Assembly: GCA_040954595.2 (NCBI GenBank)
Contig: CM082581.2
Span: forward strand, 3,526,699 to 3,590,698
Reading direction: 5' to 3'
Source: Balanoglossus misakiensis
Lineage: Eukaryota > Animalia > Hemichordata
DNA: 64,000 nt
The translations under genes were made by a program, and so were the position numbers. Shown here piece after piece: positions 14,099 to 27,000 of the stretch. How positions within the stretch are numbered: the stretch's first letter is position 1; each line of letters begins with the position of its first letter. The notes beneath the pieces were generated by a model, which ran no database searches, had not been told where the DNA came from, and saw nothing but the letters and a program-made list of their open reading frames with translations.

Positions 14099-14613
14099 CT
14101 TGCAACAATCTCTTAGTGAAACTTCCCGCTTGTCTGCCCTAGTCTGGTTCCCTGCCCCAATCCCACCGCTGGCTGCGCTACGCTAAAGGGAAAGGGGTCA
14201 GGTATTGGCTGGTACCCTGCCTGCCTCGGTGACAAACACCAAAGAGGCAGGTAAACACAAACCGCCATATTTAGAATTTTGGAATCTGATTGGCTAATAA
14301 ATGAACGTTCTATAACTTCGGGGCTACATTCAATCTGTCACGTTTCTTGACATTCATTTTTAGTCTTCCCGAATATACATATTTTTAAAAAACCAACAGT
14401 TTATGATGGAAGTGAAGCTAAAATCAATACAACTACTGACACAAATGTTGGCTGGTATGCGCATTAGCCACTTCCGGGAAAGTGTCAAAAAACTAACACT
14501 TTTCAAAATGGCGGTCGGCGTTTATCTGCGTCTATCTTCGTGACGCGTCTTTTTGCCAAGTCACGTGAGACGCAGTGTTCAGCGAAGGGTCAGGTACGGC
14601 CCGATTTCACACC

Positions 14614-15070
14614 TAGTCTCGGTTACCCAGACGCCTTTGCTTCTTCCGATGCTCTCCAGAAAAGGGTCTGGGGAAATACTATTGAAAGCTTTGTAAAACA
14701 AAATGGCCGATGTCAGGATTTTGATCATCGCCTGATTGGCTGAGCTGTCAGTATGACCCGGGTCACTGACTCTTGACAATGTGTGATTATTTGTCGTATC
14801 TTCCTATCAAGAGACCGGTACTTGTTGGTTGATGCGAAAGGCAAAAGGCGTCCTCTGTTAGCATTGTTGGAGAAATTATATGAAATATCTTTGGTAGACG
14901 ATTGTCAAAACTATTGCAGTGACCCGGGTCATACAGACAGCTCAGCCAATCAGGCGATGATCAAAATCCTGACATCGGCCATTTTGTTTTACAAAGCTTT
15001 CAATAGCATTTCCCCAGACCCTTTTCTGGAGAGCATCGGAAGAGCAAAGGCGTCTGGGTAACCGAGACTA
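14614..15070. mobile_element. Nested MITE copy 1 (TAGTCTCGG...CCGAGACTA)
   Basis: ~155-bp TIRs. 9-bp TSD TTTCACACC (14605-14613, 15071-15079). Confidence 0.9.
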
Positions 15071-15641
15071 TTTCACACCCAGAAACCTGGGGACCACATG
15101 ATCATAAACAAGATGGATGCCTCCAATGTCCGTACGCCAGTCAAGATTCATCCAGACAGTTTATTTTGTTTCGTTTGGTGTAAAGTTGAAAATCGAATGA
15201 TAAACATTAATGGAGGTGAAGGAGAGAACGGGAAATGAGTATCTTACAAAAACATATCAATTTAACAACTTAATGTTCGTATGTATTGACCAATGAGAGC
15301 CATGTTTACAATAGGCCTCGTCTGGTCCCCTGACCCAATCCCACCGCTGGCTGCGCTACGCTAAAGGGAAAGGGTCAGGCACGGCCTATTGTAAACATGG
15401 CTCTCATTGGTTAATACATACGAACATTAAGTTGTTAAGTTGATATGTTTTTGTAAGATACTCATTTCGCGTTCTCTCCTTCACCTCCATTAATGTTTAT
15501 CATTCGATTTTCAACTTTACAACAAACGAAACAAAATAAACTGTCTGGATGAATCTTGACTGGCGTACGGACATTGGAGGCATCCATCTTGTTTATGATC
15601 ACGTGGTTTATGATTTCACACCCAGCTTTCTGGGTGTGAAA

Positions 15642-16100
15642 TAGTCTCGGTTACCCAGACGCCTTTGCTTCTTCCGATGCTCTCCAGAAAAAGGGTCTGG
15701 GGAAATGCTATTGAAAGCTTTGTAAAACAAAATGGCCGATGTCAGGATTTTGATCATCGCCTGATTGGCTGAGCTCTCAGTATGACCCGGGTCACTGCAA
15801 TAGTTTCGACAATCGTCTACCAAAGATATTTCATATAATTTCTCCAACAATGCTAACAGAGGATGGCTTTTGCCTTTCGCATCAACCAACAAGTACCGGT
15901 CTCTTGATATGAAGATACGACAAATAATCACACATTGTCGAGAGTCAGTGACCCGGGTCATACTGACAGCTCAGCCAATCAGGCGATGATCAAAATCCTG
16001 ACATCGGCCATTTTGTTTTACAAAGCTTTCAATAGCATTTCCCCAGACCCTTTTCTGGAGAGCATCGGAAGAAGCAAAGGCGTCTGGGTAACCGAGACTA
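15642..16100. mobile_element. Nested MITE copy 2 (inverted)
   Basis: Same element as 14614-15070. 9-bp TSD GGTGTGAAA (15633-15641, 16101-16109). Confidence 0.9.
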
Positions 16101-16468
16101 GGTGTGAAATCGGGCCGTACCTGACCCCTTTCCCTTTAGCGTAGCGCAGCCAGCGGTGGGATTGGGTCAGGGGACCAGACTATCCCTGACAGACTCGTCC
16201 CGCGCAGTATTTTTGGCACCATATTTAGGCTCGCTCTGCTCCGTCTCTTTGCGGTGAACTTTACACAATGACCTCTATAATAATCATCACTCTACTTCTA
16301 ATAACCTACTATAGCTCCATTAAAATACGTTATCTGCCGCCGATTGAATTTAATCTTCATTTCTGAGTTCCGCTAAACATCGTACGAGCCTGACAAAACC
16401 GGTACGAAATTCCAGTAATTCAAAATATACAGTGGTGCGCATCGTACTTCCGGGTTCCTGCGAAAACT

Positions 16469-17736
16469 ATGAGAATGAGTCGTTTTCATGGTATACGCAC
16501 AAAATTTTGGTAAGTACTTACCTTTTTTATTGTTATAGAATAGGATTTATCGTTATCTCACAGGAAATGGAGACAGCAAGAATCGTGCGCGTGTCGATTG
16601 TACCATACGGCGCGACGGAGTGGGTTGATCGTCATAACAAATCTCCGAGTCTTCGTCCATCATCCCCATGCATAGACGATGTTTTCTTAGCTGCATTTTC
16701 GTTGTTCTGTAGAGCGGGTATATGGAAGTTAAAACTACCTCCTCACTTTTCCCTGATGGGTGTTTCGTTTTATATGAAGAAATAAAGTAGTTCTACTTTT
16801 GCTGATGTAATAATTTGTTTTTCATTGTGCAGGTTACTGAACAACTACCATATTGTACCCGGTTCCAGTGTGAAACTGAGCGAGATAATCAGTAAATTAG
16901 AAGGCATTCAAGGAAATCAATGTATCTGTGAAAGTCCTCTGATGGTTGGAACTTATATACAATATGTATGGGGTGAGAAAATTACTATGAAGAGAACAAC
17001 CATTCGGTTTCCAGGTGATACAAAGGGAACAGTATATGTAAATTTGTGCCCAGTAAACACTGATGCTTCGTCTGACAAGCAAGTGATGTCATGGGATCAA
17101 TTAAAGTCATACTGCCCTGCAGGATGGACACTCAGTTTACCACATGATCACAGTTTGGTATGGATAAAAATATCCAATACAAACGATACAATAAATGGAT
17201 GTCGCATTCTGACTGAAGTTCATCTCAGAAAATTGGATGATAATCTCTCTGTGGTAGTGAAGTATGGAACTCGTACTGTAGATCTTGAAGAGTTGGATAT
17301 TTTGCCAACAGAATTTTTGGCAAATGGTGGTCCGACTTTCTGTCAGATGAATACATTGATGAACCTCATCTCCATTGAACAGTTTTGTCCTGGAATTGAG
17401 TCAACAGAAGTGACTGCAAATTGCACTAGTGAGGTATGGAAGGCTTCAGGAGAAGAAACACTGAAACTGAGAAGCCAACATTGTGAACTCTTTTGTAGAA
17501 GGGTGACAGTCAGACATAACTGGTGTTCACAGTGTGCAAAGTTAAAGAAAGTACTGACTTTAAAAAAGAAACGCAAGGCGTGTACTCCTTGTGATGTCAA
17601 CAGGCGCAGAAGTTTCAAAACAATGAAGAGAGAGGAGTTAATCAAGTCAGTGAAAGTAGAAAATATCAAAAGGAAAAATGCTGAAGCCAGAGAAAAATTC
17701 CTGCGTAAAAAGTATGTAGCGACAGATAACAAGTAA
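16469..17736 (+). CDS. Putative 2-exon transposon-derived ORF (16469-16509, 16833-17736; 314 aa): RFX-like winged helix, Cys cluster and coiled coil; probably a truncated P-type transposase N-terminus
   Basis: Donor TG|GTAAGT at 16509 and acceptor TGCAG|G at 16833 join in phase to give FWLLNNY. 900-bp open exon with CPG...RSxxC...CxxC, then a basic coiled coil. Confidence 0.6.
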
Positions 17737-18826
17737 TTATAAAACTGCCTGCAAAAATCTAGTCATTTTGTATCACGAAAAGAGGCTATACAATGTACAT
17801 GCATGATCAGCATTCAAGTCATTTATTCTGCTCATGTACACTCACACTGACATGGTTGAAGGCTCCAGCTGCAATAACGCACCGATGGCCCCACCCAACC
17901 AACCAACCCACCAAGGCACCAATTATTGCAGCTACTCAGGCTCTAATTGTTTGAATATAGACATACCTATAAAGCATAACATGTAAAATGAAAGCCTGAA
18001 CACTGAACACACACACTGCCCTGGACTTATACCCAGCCTCTATGACTATATACCCCAATACAAAGTTTTAAAAATCCACCATAGACCATTATCAATTATT
18101 TACAAAGAAACTCCTGTGAAACAAACTTGAAATCTATGAATGGCGATAAAGGTGCCCAGCTAAAGTTTAAAGGAAGGTCCAATACACTTTGTTTAAAATA
18201 TGAAAAATGGGAAATGAAGAGAATTGTTTACAACTATCCTTGCTGTGGCAAAGAAGATGGGACACTAGACCACTTTCTATTAAAATGTTAGTTTCTCAAC
18301 TGAAAGAAACATAGACAGAAGTTCTCAGAAATGATAATGAAATGAATTTATATGGGACTTCACTGATAGAAAGGGCCTGTCTTTTCTGCAGTTTGTTTCT
18401 AGATATTTCTTTTCTGTAATTCAATTTTCACGTGTCTCTGAACACTGACATTTCAATGTGTTTGAATACAAGAACAAATATTGAACATGTCATAAGTAAA
18501 CAAGGTTTGAGCTTTTAACATTTGTGTTAAATGAAATGCCCTACCACCTTATCGCAAAAGGACATTCTAGACTACACATTTTGACTATTCGAGTAGTTTC
18601 AATAATTAATTTTGTCCTGTTTGATGAAAATATGCTGAATCATCGGTTGTACTATTTACACCATGGGGACCGGCAAAAATTGTGTCCTGCCAAGGCATAA
18701 TTTCTAGTACATATATTGCATAAATTATATCAAGGAAATAATTTTTTGCCTTTTTATACAAAATGGTTGTGATAGCTTTACCTACCTTTCACTTTCATTG
18801 ACTTCTGTGAACACAGGCATTTAGGT

Positions 18827-18857
18827 AATGATGATGATGATGATGATGATGATGATG
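18827..18857. repeat. (GAT)n microsatellite
   Basis: About 10 perfect units. Confidence 0.95.
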
Positions 18858-20289
18858 TAACAGAAAACAAACATGTATCAAAAGATATTTTCTGGCACTT
18901 AACTTTTTCATTTCAGGAACTGTCTGACAGAAAATTCAGCAGTGGAATGCAAACAAATAAAGTCATTTGCTCTGGTGAAGTTTTCAAGTCCTCCTTATTT
19001 TTAAGTGTTTTTTCCAATGTCCATAGATATTGAAATTTAACCCATGGTGAGATCAAAGTGAAACGCATACGCAGATAGATGCAAGTAGACAGAAAGTACA
19101 TCATTTTTTTTATTTCTCATGTAAGATGGGTAGGGATCTCAAAGGTATAATGGCATGAACAGGTAAGGTTCACAAAAAAAGGGTTTTATTAGAAACATTG
19201 ACGGTACAAGTTCTATTGTCTATGCTAGAATAATACATGACATCTTGAAAAAAAGTTACGTATCACATCTGCATCTGTATTGTAGTGGATATCTCAGTAT
19301 GTATATTTACTGAACCAGTGTGGGATATACTAAATAAACATGGGGTTTACATTCATCACTACTTTCTTGTATTGCATTGTAAATAATTGACTCAAAAAAT
19401 ATTTTCACAAATCAGAATATGTCCTCTTTCTAAGTCACAAGGGATTGCTGAAGTTAAAAAATTCCGAGACACAATTTTTTAATAAAGGTTGAAGTACAAT
19501 GTCATGCAGATTATTCAGATTCTGCAAACATGGCTTTGCATCTAAAAGAAATGGAGTGAATCCTTCATACAGATTTAGTACTTTTGACAGATAATTTCTT
19601 AACTGAAAATAATGAAAAATTCAAGTTTATTACTTTGTATCGCACTTTCAATTTGATGAAGCAATGTTGGTTTTCTTGTACAAGGCAGACATCTGAAAAA
19701 AAGTAACCGTATTCTTATAACATGACTTGCAAAGATAACACGCGCAAGAAATGGGTAGTACAATAAAAATGAAGACATACATGTACATTCCTAGCAAGGT
19801 CGATCAAAATCATGCAAGATAAAGTTCAGTGTCGGAATACACCACAGCTATGCTTTTTATTCTAAAATGTTACATCTGCAAAGCAATATTTTCTGACTAG
19901 TACAAAGCCAGTCCCTGAAAGAATTAGTAAATGAAGGCAGTACATGTATAGGACCGGCATCTCAATAAAACTAAAATTTGAAATTACAACTTTCTAACAT
20001 TTCAACAGGAGTGTCAAATGTTTCTCCCCTGAAAATCACTTTATTACATTTCATCCATAAGAAATCAATCTGTGAGAAACAGCAAAGTGTTTGTGACAGC
20101 AACATTTCTTGCCAAAAGTGACAAAATTACCCTCAACGAAAAATTATGATATTGCCATAACTATAACATTGAGAAAACTTTGGGATTCCAAAAAAATTGT
20201 ACTTTAAGGCAATGAGCATTTTCCAGAACATAATGTTATTTTGAGTTCAAATATCACATTTTGTTATCTCCATCACGCCATTTTAGAGC

Positions 20290-20329
20290 TAGTCTGTATT
20301 AAAACACACTGGGTCTGGATTCCAGACTA
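20290..20329. mobile_element. 40-bp minimal TAG...CTA element
   Basis: TAGTCTG...CAGACTA flanked by the perfect 9-bp duplication TTTTAGAGC (20281-20289, 20330-20338). Confidence 0.75.
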
Positions 20330-20842
20330 TTTTAGAGCAGATTGGTATCATCTCATTTGTCATGTTTTGCACACAGGCATGTTCATTTGTACAACCACCC
20401 ATCTATAAACTCCAGGATGCATCTTCACACCAAAACCAAATGCAGTGGTTCCCAAGTTTTTACACTGGCCACACACATACACCTGATACATGTACATATG
20501 TACAGACATACATATGTATGTACATGCATATATACATACATACAGAAAGACAAACAAAGTATGGCAGACACCATGTGATCACATGAGCTCTCATTTGCCC
20601 CCAACAGGGCAAAGGGAGCGTTTGAAATAAACATACTTTTTATTGTCTGACTACAAAACTAAAATTTATCCCTACAGAACAACTGTATCATGGGATGCAA
20701 TCTCATGCTTGCATCTGGAACCGGAATAAAATGGTAACTACCGGTAAACTAAAATGTTTCTATCAACCCACATGTAGTTGCCAATTGTAATGGTACATAT
20801 CAAGAACTTCTTCCCCAATCAGTTCACTAAGTCACTACTACT

Positions 20843-21013
20843 TAGACTCTCTCACAGCCCCTCTCGTCATCCATGCAGGCTTATGGACTGATTGCACGTC
20901 TGCCCGGCGAGAGGTTCGCTACACAACACTATATGGGGCTTCTCCTTTGCTAAACGGTTGAGGGCGTGTCAGTGAAAAGCTTTGTAGCGAACCATGGGCT
21001 GTGAGAGAGTCTA
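20843..21013. mobile_element. TAG...CTA MITE in the presumed GLRX3 3' UTR
   Basis: 18-bp perfect TIR TAGACTCTCTCACAGCCC / GGGCTGTGAGAGAGTCTA. Confidence 0.75.
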
Positions 21014-21046
21014 CTGTACTATTTGCTTCAAGTTAAAATGCAGTAG

Positions 21047-24000
21047 TTATTGCGATGAGCCTTGAAGAACATTCTCCAGTTCATTGGATTCTTTCAATTC
21101 CTGCAAATAAAAAGATAATCATCACTCAGGACATATCCATCTCAAGCCAACATTTTATCTTATCAATGTATCATGATATAAAATAACAGAAGCAGAAATC
21201 AAGAATACATTAGAATACAAACATTTGTCTAAACATTAAATTAACCGTGTCCTTGTTTTATTGAATTTTCAAAAGGAACAAAAAATGTCTTTCAGTGTGC
21301 ATCATAATCATAATCTTTCAGTGTGCATCATAATCTTTTACCGGGGTTTACTGAGAGTTCGCCCACCCGAAAGGGCGCCCATGGACGGTTATTTGGGGGG
21401 TGGGCCGTTATTTAGAATTATGGTTTCACTTTGAACACGTTCAAGAAATAGTGTTTCACAACACTGTACCTTTTATTTATCATCATTTCAATGATTTCAA
21501 TGAGTGTCAACTAACATACCTCTGCATTTAGCTAAATGGTAAACTTTTCTGTCAACTAACGGCCCTGGGCGGTTAATTAGTTCTACAAGTACACGGCAAT
21601 GTAGCCATTTTCTGTATAACGGCCCTGGGCGAACTCTCAGTAAACCCTGTTAAGTTAATTTGGGTCATTTCTTTTTACAGATAAGAGAAGACACAGGAAA
21701 AGACATTCCTAATATTTCCTTGTATTGTGCCACTCAATCAAAATCTGAAGTGTACAAACCTTCACAATATCAAGTCCTCCAATCAGCTCTCCTTTAACAT
21801 AAAGCTGTGGATATGTTGGCCAATCAGAAAACTTTTTCAATCCCTGACGAACTTCTTCATCTTGCAGAATGTCAAATGTGCTATAATTGACCCTGATGAA
21901 TGAACAAAACAAAATATACTGAAGTATAAACCATTCACATGTAAACACAAGTCTGCACTGTTATCAGGTTGACATGTCACATTCAAGGCACTTCCACAAA
22001 CCAGCAAAAACACAGTGGTTTCAAAATATTTCAGACGCATGATCCTCAGATTTTATGCAAACATAATTTGTCTAAAATACCATTAATGACACTAGAATTC
22101 CACTTGATTTAGACATACTAGTAATGCATCTACACATGAAACACAAAATTAATATAGGATGATTGCAGTCTTAGGATAGAAATCAAATATTGCAGGTCAT
22201 GGTGGATTTGACTGAGAGGTGCTTGAAAGTCTATACAATAGCCATTCAATCAAACAGGGGTTCCCTTCATGAATTTCAGAAATTTTTCATCTCATACATG
22301 AAAATATCATCAAATTGTTTTCAGAAGAAAAACAATTTCCACACAATTCAACTTACCCTGTATCGCCGAGAATGCCAATCATTGTTTTACTAAAGCCACA
22401 TCTTGGGGTCTCAGGATTTCCTTTCATAAACAGCATCACGGGTGATCTATTTATCAAACTTTTCAACCTTTAGATGAATAAAGATACTGCCATGTCATTT
22501 CAATGGTCTTATCGCTCATTGTTCCACAACGCTTGTGAAAAATATATTCAGAATTTCTGAAGTATCACGACTTTATGCCACAGCCGATAAAACTCACAAA
22601 GTGTTCTATTCAGGTGTGTTCTCTTCTACGTGTTCTATTTCAGCTATTTTTGTAATTATCCAAAGTTCTGGGTCTAGGTCTTGCAATTGAGAATACATGT
22701 AGAAACCCTGGCTGCAGCCAATTCAAACCTGTGTATAGTGGCCAGTCAAAGGACTTTCATAAACTGGCCTTTATAGACAGGTGGTCTTTATAGAGAGGTC
22801 AATTAATGCACATGTAGTTGCACAGGGACTGTGACATAGTGGCCACTATATAGAGGTGGTCCCTAACACAGGTTTGACTGTATAAGTGCTGTTGTTTGTG
22901 AGTGAGTGAAGTCTGGTGGGTTTTTTCCTCTCATTGGATATGCTTGGTGTCCCATGACAAAGACAATTTCTCATGCCAAAAAAGCATGTAAATAAGGAAA
23001 CAATTGCGTCAGTTTGGACGTACTCATCCCAGCCAAGCAAACAGCATGGGCCCTGTGTATTAAGAACAACCAACATCAGCACATCAAGGACTTCAGACAA
23101 ATATGTGCATTGTGCAAATATCATGCACTGATAACATGAGTCAAATCACTGGTACAATACTGACCTGTCATCCAGACTGACTGCTTTTGGTAACATAGAC
23201 TCTAAATCCCCACTGTCTTTCATTTCTTTGATAATGTCTAAACCACCTATAAGTTCACCATTGATGTATAACTGTGGATATGTGGGCCAGTCAGAGTATT
23301 TCTTCAGTCCTGATAAACAAAAACAAACAATCACTTCTGATGTATACTTGCCATGGTCAATATCATTATTTGAAAACTGTTTAAAATCATAACTTGGTTC
23401 CTGCTTTGAAATTCTTTGCAGACTGACTGCAACACTGTACTTGTATCTTTTATTTTAAGGTTTGTTTGAACATTTCTGTTCTGAGGTTATACTTGTGTCA
23501 CCTGTCTACACATGGAGTTACTACTATTGAGATATATCTAGGGCATAAGGTAAATATGTATGTAACTCATGTACAGTAATGAAGTACTACCTGGTTGACC
23601 CACTACATAATGACAGGTGTGTTCAAATAGTTTGCAATACATGAGTTTCTGTTCAAGATCAATCCACTCTTCACTTACCCTGTCGAATTTCTTCATCTGT
23701 TAAAATATTAAAGGAACTAAACTCTGCATGGTGGTCTTTCAATATAGCAATCGTTTGTTTACTGAAGCCACACCTAGGTTCATCTGGAGTACCTTTCATG
23801 AATAACATACAGGGTGCATGATTGATTAATTTCTTGAGACGTTCATTCAGATCCTGCAAAAGAACATATGGGTTTCATTCATCAGAGGGTGTCATAACTT
23901 ACAGGCTCTCAGAGCAATACTTCATGTCTATCTAGGTTGTCACAACTTATGAGTAAAAGTGTCACAGGCATAGTTGATACACAACATTTGACATCAGTTG

Positions 24001-27000
24001 CTTCAAACCAACAAGATGTAATACCACAGTCATGAAACGTTTTTTAGATAGGTGATTAACACCTATAAACAAAGGATATCGACTAGCGTCCAGCGCTGTC
24101 TAGTGTCCGTGTGATAGAGGGAATGTGGTAATACTTAAGATATCACATTTATCAGGGCGTGTTCACATTCACATTGTATGATTTAAAGGTATACGGTCAC
24201 CTAAGGAAATTTAGCTACAGTTACCATGGTAAACTTGAGATCTAGCCAATCACGGATTTTCAGTGGGTGGCACACGCAAAAAAAAGAGCGCCACCGTATG
24301 TTCTTTAGAACGCTCAAATACGCCATTTCAGCCATATATGGGCATATGTAAATTGGAGGTGACTGTATACCTTTAACATACAGCTTTAAGGATTGACAGT
24401 TGTCACTGTGGATAAAAAAGTCTTCTTCTACACACATAGGGGATTCACTCATGCCTTGATGTTGGCTTACCTCTTTTTCTGGTTTCACAGGAGGTGGTGG
24501 ACTGGTTACATTACTGGCATGCCGTTGGACCATTTTGTTGAGTTCTGGTGCATTAGCTCCATCTAGTCTATCTATCTGCTGAGAGTTCTGCAAAGACAGA
24601 AAATAAACTGCCAGTAGTACTGGTACCCTGTTACAGGTTAAATAAATTGTGATCAAATACCATGTAAATTAGAGGTATGCATAGCAGCAGATATGTGTAC
24701 TTTAAGAGCTTCATCTTTATTAGCTGAAATGTTGTATTAGAACAAGTACAGCTAAATATCTCAACAAGAGAGGACAAATATAATCTGTATCAACTATCAT
24801 TGACCAGCTGCTTAATAAAGTTAATCAGAATGTGCAACTAATAAATTTACTTTATATAACCCCTTGAGTACAGGAAAACATGGCTTTATAACAATTAGTT
24901 ATTTACATTGAGTGCCGTAAATAAATGTCATAAACTAACTGGAATCTATCCAAGTCAAGGGGTTAAAGGCCCATAGTGCATGAAATTGCTTTATACTGGG
25001 AATCACATGCCCCTTAAAGAAACACAAACCTTGATGAAAATGAATGTAGGAACTGCATTTATTTCATGTCGCTCTGATATTATTGGAACTAGCTCTGCCT
25101 CAACCTACATAAAGAAAAAAAAGTATGGCATGTCATTTGATACAAAACTGTGGTGCTTTCATGGATGTACAAAGTGTACATGTTCTCAATTCACACACAT
25201 TTTCCCACTTAGAGGTAGCTCAGTGCAACACTGCTTTCAAAGAGAAATGTCATATTTTGCACTACCTTATTTTTTAGACATGTGCACTAATTTGATTTTT
25301 ATAAAATAAAACTCTAGACCAGAGAGACAAAGGTTTGAACTGAATCTCAAACTTGGAGGAGGAATACCCCTTTTGGACCAACCTGACAGATATTCAAAAC
25401 CGCGGCACAGAGCGATATCCATCCGCCATATGCAAATGAGCCGAAGTATAAAAGCAACGAGCAACGTACAGTCTGTCCCTCCCTTGCAATAGGCCACGAC
25501 AGCACGAACCATGGCTCAAACTGGTTCCGCAGTTTGAGCTTTTGTGGACTCACACCAGGACTCCGCAGAACTATCCGGTCGCCATCCAAGACCCGGTCCC
25601 GGTGGTGCCACACCCCAGCAAAATGCTGCACCAACACCAGCAAGTGGAGAGGCAACAGGCGTCAGCAGCAGTGTAACCAGGGTTAGTTTTCCCCCTTGTA
25701 TGCCTCCGGTCATTTCGGTTTTGATTTGCAGTTCGGTCCCCTGTTGTTGTTTTTTATGCACTACGGTTCACCACATTTCTCCCCTCGCGTTGTTTTTCGG
25801 CTTTCGAATTTTCTTAGTGCAGGTGGAAGGCCAAATCACCAATTTGAAATTCCGCCACCTGTTAGGCCTGACACCACCTGTTTCGCCAATTGAAAAAAAA
25901 AAAAAACACGATGCCTTTCCCCTACGTAACAGGCGTGGTAGAACTGAATGGAGATTGTATTTTATTTTCTATGCAATATGCGTCGAATACTTGGAGTTAC
26001 AGGAGTGAGCGGCAGGCCAGGCAGTGTGGTATACTGCGAGAGCGCCAACATTTGTTTGTTAAATAGAGTTGGGTGGGTTATACCCATGAGTGCCAAGGAG
26101 ACCGGCCAGGCAGTTCATCCGGTGATGACTGCGAGAGCGCCGAATTATTGTGGCTGAGGCCAAAGGAAATACATAGGCTCGAGGGAGGAGCAATGTGAGC
26201 GGTCATTTACGTAGCAGACGCATGTTCGCCTTGAATTTGCTGATGCCTATGTAATGAGGCGCTCGCCCTGTAAACAAAAGGGGAGTCTTCAGTACGGGAG
26301 AGCAAGTATACTTTCCACCCGTGGTAATGGGCAGAGAAGTTATTGTATGTGTACGTTTACTTGTATTGCAGAAAGGGGAGTTGGAGAACCTAAAGAAGCC
26401 AGGTAAAAAAAAAAAAACTGCAAGAATTGACAGAAACCGCATCGCCGCACTGAGAAAAGAAATAAGGATGAACTAGTCACATGCTTTGTCTGTGGTGAGA
26501 AAGGGCATGTTGCCAGAGCCTGCCCAAAAAGAAAGTAGTATACCCACATTGCTGTGTTTTTTCTCTCTCTTTGCTCGTTTATATTTATTCGTCACAGCAA
26601 GTAAAACATGGGTTACTCATCCACGTACACGCATGCACACTGTACTAACACGCATACTTCTCTCGGTCGCCTGCACACTAATAGACGCCTTCATGCACAC
26701 CCACACAATCGCATACTTTCGACCAACCGCTCGCACCATAGACGGAACGCATTCACGCATATAAATACAGACGCACAAAACATGCCTGAGCAACTTAGAT
26801 GGAGCAAACGCTACACGGACACTTGCTGTGATGCTTTGATAACTTGAAATGTACGAAAAGTCTGGTTTGCTTACAACCCTCCGTGACAATTAAAAGGTTG
26901 TCTTGAGAATAAAATAAAAGAAAGAAAGAAAAAAAATGCTTTTATATCTCGCCTTCCTAGATTGACCCCACTCAACCAGTAGCGGATATCCCGTGTTTAT

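Larger units (their letters stand above)
14140..16182. mobile_element. Composite foldback of TAG...CTA (Academ-like) non-autonomous elements
   Basis: A ~65-bp TIR TAGTCTGGTCCCCTGACCCAATCCCACCGCTGG... occurs at 14140 and 15318, and inverted ending at 16182. Segment ~14586-15317 is the inverse of ~15383-16128. Confidence 0.85.

Noticed and set aside
14540-16144. Repeated ORFs (...SDPGHTDSSANQAMIKILTS...)
   Set aside because: Translations of MITE inverted repeats with no protein motif.
20460-20545. Overlapping ORFs in a CA/TA-rich tract
   Set aside because: Degenerate microsatellite.
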